Of a stretch of DNA of 53,044 bases, positions 33,895 to 42,948 are shown one piece after another (position 1 is the stretch's first letter; each line of letters starts with the position of its first letter). The notes beneath the pieces were generated by a model. That model did not search any database. It was given only the letters and a program-made list of their open reading frames with translations, and was not told the origin of the DNA. Source of the DNA: a virus (taxonomy: Duplodnaviria; Caudoviricetes); the IMG/VR virus record IMGVR_UViG_3300031449_000026, positions 1-53,044 of that record, one strand, 5' to 3'. A program made the translations under genes and the position numbers.

Positions 33895-33904
33895 GATGAC
33901 AAGG

Positions 33905-33935
33905 AGTATAGCACATAGGGCTATGCTTGTGTCAA
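33905..33935 (-). promoter_or_regulatory. leftward promoter with operator in the spacer
   Basis: TTGACA-19-TATACT with extended -10 TG; spacer contains CATAGCCCTATG. Confidence 0.65.
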
Positions 33936-34039
33936 GGCCAGACGCACGGCAGCAGGACAGGGTAAACAGGAGTAAAACAGCATCCAAGCCAGCCCTGAAA
34001 AAATAGTTGAAGTATTTTTGCCAAAGCACCATAATAGTA

Positions 34040-34068
34040 TTGACAATGCCATAGCCCTATGCTATACT
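34040..34068 (+). promoter_or_regulatory. rightward early promoter with operator in the spacer
   Basis: TTGACA-17-TATACT; spacer contains CATAGCCCTATG. Confidence 0.8.
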
Positions 34069-34499
34069 AGACTATAACCAAATAGAGATAGACGAAACGA
34101 GCAGCGGGCGCAGACGACGCGCAGGAGGAACGCAGACAAACAAAAGACCAGACGCCGAACCCGCTAATAAGCAAGAATGCAGACAAGCCAGAGCGCTTAA
34201 CGCAAACGACCCAGACCGAACATTGAAATACCCTAGTCGCTGGACAGACGGAAACCAGCACCGCCCGGATCAAGCAAGCAGCGCCCATAGGCTCACACCC
34301 TAGCGAATGATGCAGAGAGGTCCGGGAAAGATTGTAATGCAGCTAACAGCGGTCACAAGCCCGCGCATAATGCAGAGTGAGATGTAACACATGGAGCGTT
34401 GAGTTTCAATCCTCATCAGCCCCAGAGGGCTGATGCCACCGCATTAGCCTGACATGAGATAAGCGGGAAAGCAACCACAACCACAAGGAGACTTTTGTA

Positions 34500-34733
34500 A
34501 TGACTAACTGGACTGAACTATTTGTGACGGACACTGACGGCCCGACGGGCGAGACGCTTGGCAGCATGGTAGAGGCCGCCCCCGCAAACCTTGACAGCGC
34601 CGTGCTTGACAGCGATGGCCGTATCAGCGAGTGGCCTGATTTCTTCCTGTTCGCTGAGGGCGAAGAAGCCGATTGGGACACCCCCCGCACCGCAGTCAAC
34701 TGGGATGGGTTGCGTGAAAAACTGGGGCGATGA
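34500..34733 (+). CDS. small acidic hypothetical protein
   Basis: AAGGAG RBS; first ORF of the early block. Confidence 0.6.
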   Translation: MTNWTELFVTDTDGPTGETLGSMVEAAPANLDSAVLDSDGRISEWPDFFLFAEGEEADWDTPRTAVNWDGLREKLGR

Positions 34734-34748
34734 AAGGCAAATCATAAA

Positions 34749-35249
34749 GTGGCTAATACCAAAAAGCACTGTCCTTATACTGCCGCCAAACTTCAAGAAA
34801 TGTATTGGCGGCAGGCCCGGAGCATGACCTTGATTGGAACCAGGGCGGGAGTCAGCACGGCAGTTGTCAAGCGATGGCTCACAGAGGCAGGCATTACGCT
34901 CCGAACCCGTTCTGAGGTCATCAAGGCCGAATACATTACGCATGGAGCAAACAAGCGGCTTGCCGCCTCTTTGGCGATCTCGGAAACAAACCGCAAACTT
35001 GCGGGGGCGCGGAGCGCGGCTCACCTGCACAAAAAATCGGTTGCTCGGAAAATCAGTGCATCCAGATTGAAGCAGGACGCTGTAAAACGAGAGGCGATCA
35101 TGCAAACCGTTTATTGCGAATGGTGCCAAGAAGAATTGCGTCGTCTACCCTGCAAAGTCAAGGAGCGTAATTTTTGCAATCGCAACCATATGATGAAGCA
35201 CCGTCATAGCCAAAAAAGGCTACTGCAAGAAAAGCAGCCCAAAAGCTGA
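34749..35249 (+). CDS. HTH + basic + CxxC..C putative DNA-binding protein
   Basis: LQEMYW..SMTLIGTRAGVSTAVVKRWLTEAGI HTH; CEWC..NFCNRNH tail. Confidence 0.6.
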   Translation: MANTKKHCPYTAAKLQEMYWRQARSMTLIGTRAGVSTAVVKRWLTEAGITLRTRSEVIKAEYITHGANKRLAASLAISETNRKLAGARSAAHLHKKSVARKISASRLKQDAVKREAIMQTVYCEWCQEELRRLPCKVKERNFCNRNHMMKHRHSQKRLLQEKQPKS

Positions 35250-35296
35250 AGAGATGTCGCCTGCGGAATAGGCCGCAGACGCAAGCGCTTCCCGCC

Positions 35297-35330
35297 AAAA
35301 GCCGCCCCTAACAAGGCGGCTTTACTTTAT
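35297..35330 (+). terminator. intrinsic terminator
   Basis: AAAGCCGCC..GGCGGCTTT followed by ACTTTAT. Confidence 0.6.
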
Positions 35331-35380
35331 TCCTATCTTCTGCCAATAACAACTCTAACACCACAAGAAAGCCCAAGACA

Positions 35381-35542
35381 ATGAACACCATGAACAGCCG
35401 GACATTTAACCACATTCCCAGCCGTCAGTATTCGCTCCGCAGCGTGAGAGTTATGAAGGCGCACGGGTTCGGAGCGCAGAGGTTCGGCCCGCTCAAAGTG
35501 CTGCGAATGCTGAACTCAATTGTTCTTCATTATGCAGAGTAA
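35381..35542 (+). CDS. 53-aa basic peptide
   Basis: MNTMNSRTF..LHYAE*; below the ORF track cutoff. Confidence 0.4.
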   Translation: MNTMNSRTFNHIPSRQYSLRSVRVMKAHGFGAQRFGPLKVLRMLNSIVLHYAE

Positions 35543-35679
35543 ACACCTAGACCAGCACCGCCCGGCAGGATTGCCGGGAGTGTTTAATGCAGCCTGAGCA
35601 ATCAGAGAGTCCGAAGCCTCTACAAAGATTTATCTTAAATGCAGACGGAACACAATCCCCCGCCACAGGAGAACACCAC

Positions 35680-36063
35680 ATGACACACTTTCGCGTATCT
35701 CAGCCGCCGCCCCGCCCGGTCATCTTGACCGGAACCGAAGCCGCCGCGCTGTTCCGCACCGCCGACCAGGTGCAGGCGAAGGGGCAGATCACCGCCCGCC
35801 GCTTGACAAGGCTAACAGACGGCATTCGCTACCTACTCACGCTGTCCCAGGCCCGGCACAAGGCGACGGGCGAGACGTGGACAGTCGCGCACTATGCCGC
35901 AGAAATCCCGCGCGGCCACATTCGGCGCATCCTCATTGACCCAGAAGGCCGGACGTGGACACTTTGCCCGGCAACAGACAAGGACCACGCCAAAGCTGTG
36001 AACAGTCAAACTAAGTACCGCGCTCATTTATGGCGCATGACCCAGGAAGGACTCGCGAAATGA
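35680..36063 (+). CDS. hypothetical protein
   Basis: AGGAG RBS before MTHFRV. Confidence 0.6.
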   Translation: MTHFRVSQPPPRPVILTGTEAAALFRTADQVQAKGQITARRLTRLTDGIRYLLTLSQARHKATGETWTVAHYAAEIPRGHIRRILIDPEGRTWTLCPATDKDHAKAVNSQTKYRAHLWRMTQEGLAK

Positions 36064-36332
36064 CTTACGAAGACGCCCGCGCCGATATGGAGGCGACGCC
36101 GCCGGACGCAGGCGAGCGGCTGCACTTCACGCTCGGCCTCATGCCGCTGGACAAATCGCAGCTTGAATTCATGCTGACGCTCGGACTCTACGACCCCGCC
36201 CACACCCAGATCATTCACGACGCGATTAAGACCCAGGAAGCAATCACGCGCCGCATAAAACAAGGAAGGCGACCCGATGAACCACCGCTTGACCGACACG
36301 CTCATTGTCGTTTACCGAAATTGGTCCGTTGA
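36060..36332 (+). CDS. hypothetical protein
   Basis: ATGA coupling with the upstream gene. Confidence 0.5.
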   Translation: MTYEDARADMEATPPDAGERLHFTLGLMPLDKSQLEFMLTLGLYDPAHTQIIHDAIKTQEAITRRIKQGRRPDEPPLDRHAHCRLPKLVR

Positions 36333-36528
36333 CCCTGCTATTTTGCGATGGAAAGTATGGGTCATTCTACCAAGCGCAGATGAAGGTGTTTCCGCCGCGC
36401 CCACCATTCGGCAAGCCTACTATATCGCCCACCGAAACGCCCGAAGGTATCGCCCGCGCCCGTTCCAACCAGCCAGCTTTGGAAAACGGGACAAGAAATA
36501 TGAAGCGCGATTGGAGGCCACGCGATGA
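36277..36528 (+). CDS. hypothetical protein
   Basis: GAAGG RBS; stop coupled to the next ORF. Confidence 0.5.
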   Translation: MNHRLTDTLIVVYRNWSVDPAILRWKVWVILPSADEGVSAAPTIRQAYYIAHRNARRYRPRPFQPASFGKRDKKYEARLEATR

Positions 36529-36746
36529 CAACCGCCGAGACCGATGCCCAGCACGAGGCGCAGGAAGCCGAATACGAGCGCATATACAGCCAGGCCATTG
36601 AAGACACCTATGCGCCCCGCACAGGTCAGTACGTTCTGCTCTACACGCTGGCACTCCTCATGCTCATCCTTGCATTCGCGGCAGAGAAACGCGCCCCGTT
36701 CCTGCCGAAGCCCGTTCACTCTCTTTTTATTCAGAAAGGACATTAA
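36525..36746 (+). CDS. small membrane protein
   Basis: ATGA coupling; one TM segment. Confidence 0.5.
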   Translation: MTTAETDAQHEAQEAEYERIYSQAIEDTYAPRTGQYVLLYTLALLMLILAFAAEKRAPFLPKPVHSLFIQKGH

Positions 36747-36750
36747 GACC

Positions 36751-37119
36751 ATGCCCGAACCACTTCCCAGGCCGACTCTTGAAATCGGCTACTACCACCC
36801 GACCGAGACATTTCTGTCCCGGCGCGAACACGTCAGCGTCATGGACACAAGCAAGAGCGTTCCCGGCGGGGACGGCAGACTTGTCGCCTTGTTCGGCCCG
36901 TCACAGTGCGGCGAGGCTACTGCTGAGGAGGCCGCCGAAAGCCGCCAGCAGGCGCAGCTTTTCATTGTCGCCCTGGACTTGCTCGCAGCTTGCAATGCAG
37001 TCGTTGAGTCTGCTAACGCGAACCCGGAAATTTTTAAGCGCTACACGCCCGGCCAAATGCTTGCGTTTGATTATGCAAGACACGCGGCGGCACTCGCAGA
37101 GAAGGAAGTGAAGCCATGA
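36751..37119 (+). CDS. hypothetical protein
   Basis: AAGGA RBS before MPEPLP. Confidence 0.55.
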   Translation: MPEPLPRPTLEIGYYHPTETFLSRREHVSVMDTSKSVPGGDGRLVALFGPSQCGEATAEEAAESRQQAQLFIVALDLLAACNAVVESANANPEIFKRYTPGQMLAFDYARHAAALAEKEVKP

Positions 37120-37340
37120 CAACAATTCAGCTTGTCGGTGAGCCAAGACGGTTCACCGAGGCCGAACTTGCAGAACGCGATCTGCCATTTCTGCAAAAAC
37201 TCGCAGAGGCACACCGACAGTACCTAGCCGCGATAGATGCCGAAGTCGCGGCGATGCAGAAACGGCAAAACAGCCAAAAGCGAGAGTTTGAACTTGTTCG
37301 CTGGCATATCTGGTGCAGAAAGGAAAGCGCAAAACCATGA
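37116..37340 (+). CDS. hypothetical coiled-coil protein
   Basis: ATGA-coupled on both sides. Confidence 0.55.
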   Translation: MTTIQLVGEPRRFTEAELAERDLPFLQKLAEAHRQYLAAIDAEVAAMQKRQNSQKREFELVRWHIWCRKESAKP

Positions 37341-37873
37341 CAGCCATCCAGTACGGCATCTACATTGTAGACGACGAATCAGGCGAAGTCCTAGGACTTG
37401 CCGACCACAGCCAAGAGCAGTTCCACGCCGACGACCTTCCCGGCGTAGAATGGGTTTTGGAACGCATCAGCGAGGCGCAGGGAGACCGGACCGCACTCAC
37501 GGCACGGAAAGCCGCTATCATCGCAAACTTGGACCGGCAGATTAAAGCCGCCGAAAGCCGGGAGGCATTTATGATACAGCGGTTCGGGCCGGACCTGGAA
37601 GCGTATGCAAAGGCCGAGACCGAAGGCAAGAAACAGCGATACACGGACACCGCGTTCGGGCGCTTGCGGTTTACGAAGTCGCCGGGAAGCATTCGCATTG
37701 ACGACCCGCAAAAAGCACTCGTTTTCTGCTCCCTGCTGTTCCCGGACGCGGTGAAGACGACGCAAAGCGTTCTCGTTTCCGCGCTCAAAGGCCAAGAAGC
37801 CGAGTTGCCCGCAGACGCGTTTACCGTCACGCCGCCGCGTGACACGTTCAAGATCGAAACGGGAGTCAAGTAA
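37337..37873 (+). CDS. Gam-like host-nuclease inhibitor (Mu Gam/Gp157-like)
   Basis: EWVLERI + coiled coil + LEAYAK..GKK..T.FG.L.F.K.P..VKT..SV...LK pattern. Confidence 0.65.
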   Translation: MTAIQYGIYIVDDESGEVLGLADHSQEQFHADDLPGVEWVLERISEAQGDRTALTARKAAIIANLDRQIKAAESREAFMIQRFGPDLEAYAKAETEGKKQRYTDTAFGRLRFTKSPGSIRIDDPQKALVFCSLLFPDAVKTTQSVLVSALKGQEAELPADAFTVTPPRDTFKIETGVK

Positions 37874-37918
37874 TTCACTTGTTGCATGATATAATGCAGC
37901 ACCAACCACAAGGAGTAA

Positions 37919-38164
37919 ATGGCTATGATTATCAAGAAAATTGAACTGGACGACGACCAGAACATGGAGTCTGTCACCGTTAAGATGACACCTAAAGAGG
38001 CCGCGCTAATCGCTAAAATGGCCGGAAATTTGAACGACGCCAGCGCCGATGACATCGTTTCAGGTGGAGGTGAAGCGGCCCGAGAAATCTTTTCGGCACT
38101 CGTTGCAGGTGTCTTCAATCACTATTGGGAGGATGGACTGAACGACGCGCTTAAAGAGATTTAA
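37919..38164 (+). CDS. hypothetical protein
   Basis: AAGGAG RBS; TGATATAAT extended -10 just upstream. Confidence 0.6.
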   Translation: MAMIIKKIELDDDQNMESVTVKMTPKEAALIAKMAGNLNDASADDIVSGGGEAAREIFSALVAGVFNHYWEDGLNDALKEI

Positions 38165-38181
38165 GCAGGAGTTAAATAGCT

Positions 38182-38304
38182 ATGGAAATATCATGCTACG
38201 GTTGCGAAAGTTGCGGCTACTCATGGGATGATCCATCCGTTGACGACCCAAACGCACCAACAGAATGCCCGCGATGCGGGTCAGAACATTTCGGCACCGT
38301 CTAA
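38182..38304 (+). CDS. 40-aa zinc-ribbon protein
   Basis: MEISCYGCESCGYSW..ECPRCGSEHFGTV* with AGGAG RBS; not in the ORF track. Confidence 0.65.
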   Translation: MEISCYGCESCGYSWDDPSVDDPNAPTECPRCGSEHFGTV

Positions 38305-38388
38305 CACAACTCCATAGCCCTGCCGTCAAGCCCGGAAGCATTCGCGACCGGGCTTTATTCTTGCCACAGGCAGAAAGCACTTATCACC

Positions 38389-41300
38389 ATGAACACCAGT
38401 GAAATCATTCCAAGCACCACCAGCGCCAACCAGACGAATACCAACCAGAAGCGCGGCGACCTGACAGGCGGCGCATTGACGTTAGAAGTCATCGAGAGCA
38501 GCAAAAGCGTACTACACCGCACCCGCAGCGGCGACATCAAAGGGACGCAAAGTTTTTTCACCCCGCCCGCGCTGGCAGAGTTCATCAAAGAAGTGCTGGA
38601 CCCCGGCGACCGCTTCCACGTCCTAGACCTCACGGCGGGCGACGGCAGCCTGCTTGCGCCCTATGCCTCCCAGCACCGAATCGGCGTGGAGATTGACGCC
38701 GACCAAATCCGGGCCGCGAAACAAGGCAAGCGGCCCTACGCCGGGCTTCACGGCGACGTGCAGCGGCTTTTCCCCTTGCTTCGCCTCGCCGCCGTGCAGG
38801 TGGAGCGCGTTGTTCTTAATCCCCCGTTCGGCCTTGCGTGGGAAGTGCAGGGGAAGCCCATGAACTCGCAGAAGGCTACCCTTGTCATGGCGCTGGCACT
38901 TCTTTCCCCCGGCGGGCAAGGCGCGATGATTGGCGGCACGAACCGAATCAAAGAGGACATCTTAGGCGACCCGGCACTTGCGCCCGCCGTCTACGCTGTT
39001 GTTGAGCTGCCCACGCTGTTCCCCGGCGTGTCCCTGCCGACCAGCGTACTCTTTTTCAGTCATCCGTGCACGCGCCGCACGGGAAAGAAGAATGCCCCAG
39101 CCAAAGTCATTCAGGCAAGCGATGACCTTGCAGCAGCACTCCCCGCCGTCAAGCAGGCGCGGCAGGAGATGACGGAGAAGTTAAGCCAGTGGGACTCAGT
39201 GTTTCACGACCAGATGGTGCAGGACTTCCGGCAAGTCGCGCAGGAGCATTCCCGCCGCCGGGCGCAGAAGGAAGGCAAGCAGGCAGCCGACATCTGCCTC
39301 AAAGGAAAGAAAATCAGCGTCAACTTGTCGGCGCTGACAGTCAAAGCCTTGCTTGACGCCGGGAAAAGCCCCGTCAACATCAGCGGACTGGACGGCAAGC
39401 GCGTGAACTACTTTGCCTTAAACGGGCGACAGTGGCAGGAAGTGAATGAGTCGGCGAAAGCAAACCTCTTGACACTGGACAAAGGGCTTGCGGTAAGCGT
39501 TCAGGCTGTCATTGACGAGGCCACTAGCCTGGCTTGCCCGGTGTATCCCGTCCGGCCCCAGCAGCGGCTTGGATACTTGGCAGATGCCGGGCAGATTGAA
39601 TGCACGGCAAGTGATGACAAGAAGGGGTTTGTCGCCGGGCAGTTCTACGGCGTCAAAACTTCAAGCCGAATCGCCCAGTCCGAGCGCCGGGAAACGAAAG
39701 AAGTCACGACGGAGGCGGGCGGGAAGGAACTCAAAGAGCTGACATGGATCAGGAAAGCAAAAGTGTTGGACATCATTTTAGACCCTGGCCCCGGCAGGCG
39801 TCCGCACACGCTTTCCGAGACCAAAGAAGACATTGACTACCTACTCGCGCACTTTGCCGTTCCCGACCCCGGCGATTTGGCAACCCGGTTCCCGGCGGAG
39901 ATGGAGCAGCGCCGGGAAACTTTACGGCAGATTGAGCGGGACATCTTAGGGCCGCAAGGCGAGAAAGACTTGTCGCCGCAAAACGAAGGACGGCCTTATT
40001 CGCTGAAACCATTCCAGCGCGATGATGTTTCCCGGCTTTTAATGAAGCAGGGCGGCCCGCTCAACACCGAGCAGGGCGGCGGAAAGACATTGCAGGCCAT
40101 GACGTTCGCTGAAGCCGCGCACCGGCGGGGCGAGACCGACGGGAACGCGCTGTTTGTTGTTCCGCAAGACCTTATCGGGCAGTGGCAGGGCGAAGCGACG
40201 AAGTTCTTTGGGCGAAGACTCATCCGCATTCGCACCCGCACCGAAGCGCGGGCAGTGGCAGAAGCAATCAAAGCCGAACGGGAAGCCGTCCGGCTCGACC
40301 CGTGGCACGAGGCCGCGCCAAAGTGGTACATCACAAACTATGAAGCCCTGTCACTCACCGGCACAAGCGGCAAGGCGGAAGTTGTGCAAGAAGGCGAGCG
40401 GCAGAGCGTCCGCGCCCAGCGCGGCTCGGTAACGCTTCCCCCCGTACCCGTTCGCACCGTCTTAAAGCCCAAAGTCATCCCAGCAGGATACCGAGATGAC
40501 GGGGACGGTTTCCGCTGGCACGAGACCGAAACAAAAAGCGTTCGGGTATCCCAAGACTCGCAGCAGCTTTGCCCGCAGTGCTGGCAGCAGGGCGGCGGTC
40601 TCGGCGCAGGCTACACGAAAGCCGGGAACCAAATTATAAAGCGGCTCAGCAAGCAGGGCTTTTGCTTGCCCCAAGACCGGGACGCGCTCGCCAAAGAGTA
40701 CCACGCGGCGACGTTTGCCAAAAACAGCCTGACAACTTCGGAAGACAAAACCATCACCGGAAAGAAGGCTTGGGACGGCGTGAGCTGCCGGGAATGCGGA
40801 ATGACATTAAAAGCGCTCACGCTCAAAAACATGGCGCACGAGATAACCACCGCGTTTATTCAGGGGTGCATCTTCATTGACGAAGCGACAAAAATTAAAG
40901 GCGACAGCCTCCAAAGCTACGCCGTGCGCGGACTTCGGGCGCGGCGCAAAATCGTGATGACGGGAACGCCTGTGAAGAACATCGTACTGGACGTGTTTCA
41001 TCTACTCGGATGGTCGTGCGGCTACAACTCTCCCCGGTTCCCGTTTCCCTACGGCGAAGGCTACGAGCAATTCAAGAAAGACTTCTGCGTCGTGGAGTAT
41101 CTGGCAGGCAAGAAAAGCCGCGAAAAGGTGCTACCGGAAGTCACCAATCTTTCCGTGCTGTGGCGGCTTTTGTCTTCTGCCGTTGTTCGCCGCCGCAAGG
41201 AAGACATGGGCGAGCCGCTTGTTTCCCGCAAGTTCGTTCCTGTCACCGTGCCGATGGGAACGGCCCAGAGGAAGCAGTACGGGCGTTGGCTGTATGACTT

Positions 41301-42258
41301 TCCAGACTTCTACTGCGACAAAAACCCGCAGGCTGATTATAGCTACGCCGCCATGAACAGCTTTATGCTTGGGATGGGTCACAAGCTGGAGTTCACAACA
41401 ACCCTGCCGAGCGCCGACCCCGACCGAGACTACTTCCGTGTTCCTGGCCTGTCCGACATGACGCCGAAAAGCCTCAAAGTGCTGGAAATTCTTGCATTCC
41501 ACGCGGCGCGGGGCGAGAAAGTGCTGTACGGCTCGTTTGTCAAAATGAAGGGCAAGTTTGTTGCGGACGCACTCACGGCGCGGGGCATTCCCGCCGCGCA
41601 TATTTTAGACGAAGCGCGGGACGGAACGATGACCACCAAAAGCCCGGCGGCGCGGGCAAGCGTCATCAGCAAATTCCGGGACGGTGACACGCGGGTACTG
41701 TGCGCGTCGGTGCAGTCGGTGAACATGGGCCACAACTTAGACTTCGCCAACATTGTGGTACTGGACGGCCTGCCGTGGGACTTTGGCACGATGGACCAGT
41801 TCCTAGCCCGCGTTCACCGCCTGTCTTCCACTCGCCCCGTCACGGTGTACGTCGTTATGGCCGAGGGCAGCATGGACGAAAGGAAATGGGACCTGCTCCA
41901 AAGAAAAATGAAAGGCGCAGAGTTGACGCTGGACGGGCAGCTCACGGAAAAGGAAACCGAGGCCGTCAATCTGCAAGCGATCTTAAAAGAAATGATAGCG
42001 CGGGGACTTCCCGAAGCCGACACAATTGACGAGGCCGACTGCACAAGGCTTTGGAGCGAACGGCAGTATACTCTCCTGCCTATTGGAAGCGAGATCAGCG
42101 CCGATGCCCTGCCGGACACGCTCAAACCAGCAGAAACCAAACCACAGCCGAAGCAGGACACGCTGTTCACGTTTGAGACCGTCCAGCCGAAGAAGAAAGC
42201 CGCCGCGCTTCACATTCCTCAGCCTGTCATTCAGCAAGGCAGCTTGTTTGCGCTGTAA
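38389..42258 (+). CDS. amino-methyltransferase fused to a SNF2-family helicase (DarB-like architecture)
   Basis: FFTPPALA, VLDLTAGDGSL and NPPF MTase motifs; QGGGKT, FIDEAT, MTGTP, GHNL..DGLPW and ARVHRL helicase motifs. Confidence 0.85.
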   Translation: MNTSEIIPSTTSANQTNTNQKRGDLTGGALTLEVIESSKSVLHRTRSGDIKGTQSFFTPPALAEFIKEVLDPGDRFHVLDLTAGDGSLLAPYASQHRIGVEIDADQIRAAKQGKRPYAGLHGDVQRLFPLLRLAAVQVERVVLNPPFGLAWEVQGKPMNSQKATLVMALALLSPGGQGAMIGGTNRIKEDILGDPALAPAVYAVVELPTLFPGVSLPTSVLFFSHPCTRRTGKKNAPAKVIQASDDLAAALPAVKQARQEMTEKLSQWDSVFHDQMVQDFRQVAQEHSRRRAQKEGKQAADICLKGKKISVNLSALTVKALLDAGKSPVNISGLDGKRVNYFALNGRQWQEVNESAKANLLTLDKGLAVSVQAVIDEATSLACPVYPVRPQQRLGYLADAGQIECTASDDKKGFVAGQFYGVKTSSRIAQSERRETKEVTTEAGGKELKELTWIRKAKVLDIILDPGPGRRPHTLSETKEDIDYLLAHFAVPDPGDLATRFPAEMEQRRETLRQIERDILGPQGEKDLSPQNEGRPYSLKPFQRDDVSRLLMKQGGPLNTEQGGGKTLQAMTFAEAAHRRGETDGNALFVVPQDLIGQWQGEATKFFGRRLIRIRTRTEARAVAEAIKAEREAVRLDPWHEAAPKWYITNYEALSLTGTSGKAEVVQEGERQSVRAQRGSVTLPPVPVRTVLKPKVIPAGYRDDGDGFRWHETETKSVRVSQDSQQLCPQCWQQGGGLGAGYTKAGNQIIKRLSKQGFCLPQDRDALAKEYHAATFAKNSLTTSEDKTITGKKAWDGVSCRECGMTLKALTLKNMAHEITTAFIQGCIFIDEATKIKGDSLQSYAVRGLRARRKIVMTGTPVKNIVLDVFHLLGWSCGYNSPRFPFPYGEGYEQFKKDFCVVEYLAGKKSREKVLPEVTNLSVLWRLLSSAVVRRRKEDMGEPLVSRKFVPVTVPMGTAQRKQYGRWLYDFPDFYCDKNPQADYSYAAMNSFMLGMGHKLEFTTTLPSADPDRDYFRVPGLSDMTPKSLKVLEILAFHAARGEKVLYGSFVKMKGKFVADALTARGIPAAHILDEARDGTMTTKSPAARASVISKFRDGDTRVLCASVQSVNMGHNLDFANIVVLDGLPWDFGTMDQFLARVHRLSSTRPVTVYVVMAEGSMDERKWDLLQRKMKGAELTLDGQLTEKETEAVNLQAILKEMIARGLPEADTIDEADCTRLWSERQYTLLPIGSEISADALPDTLKPAETKPQPKQDTLFTFETVQPKKKAAALHIPQPVIQQGSLFAL

Positions 42259-42330
42259 CGTACCGGGAACGACTCTAACAAAACAAGGCCCGGTGAAAGT
42301 CCGGGCCACTCGCCACCAAAGGAAACCGCA

Positions 42331-42666
42331 ATGAAAATCAGCCTGCACATTGACGCCTATTTTGACACCGAAGGCGAAAATGCTAATACAACGCACTGGT
42401 ATATGGACAGCTACCGGGACACAAGCAGTCAAACGCCTCGCGTGATTGTTGCCGCCGGGCAGCAGCCGACGCCCCTGGAAGCCTTAGACGCGATCCGCGC
42501 CACCATGAGAGCCAAGATGGGCCTAGAGCCGGAGCAACTTACAGAATCGCTTGGAAGGCCCGTACAGGCAATTAATCCAGGCAAATCACCTGCCGATGTG
42601 GTCCCGCCTTATATCCAACGGCGCAAGGAGCGGCAAGCCGAAGCACAGGCAAAGTTTGAGTTCTAA
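42331..42666 (+). CDS. hypothetical protein
   Basis: AAGGA RBS. Confidence 0.6.
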   Translation: MKISLHIDAYFDTEGENANTTHWYMDSYRDTSSQTPRVIVAAGQQPTPLEALDAIRATMRAKMGLEPEQLTESLGRPVQAINPGKSPADVVPPYIQRRKERQAEAQAKFEF

Positions 42667-42688
42667 TCACAGCACCAAAGGAAAGAAC

Positions 42689-42853
42689 ATGGAACCTAAA
42701 AACAGATGGATTAGCGCAACACGAGTTTGGGAACACGCAGGCGGTATTGGTATTCTTATTGGGTACAAAAGCGGCCTCATGCTGACATTAATTATTGGCC
42801 CGTGGATGATTTTCTTAGGGCCGCACATCACCAGAACTCAGACTCTAAAGTAA
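42689..42853 (+). CDS. small hydrophobic protein
   Basis: AAGGA RBS before MEPKNR. Confidence 0.5.
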   Translation: MEPKNRWISATRVWEHAGGIGILIGYKSGLMLTLIIGPWMIFLGPHITRTQTLK

Positions 42854-42887
42854 GCGCTACCAGAACTCAGACTCTAAAGTAAGCGCT
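42830..42887. repeat. 29-bp tandem duplication of a gene 3' end
   Basis: accagaactcagactctaaagtaagcgct twice. Confidence 0.95.
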
Positions 42888-42892
42888 CTACT

Positions 42893-42931
42893 GAGCACCC
42901 TCACGACAAACGAAACGTTGTGAGGGTGTTC
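42893..42931. terminator. hairpin between converging operons
   Basis: GAGCACCCTCACGAC/GTTGTGAGGGTGTTC 15-bp stem with G-U pairs. Confidence 0.6.
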
Positions 42932-42948
42932 AATACTCCTAAGCACTC

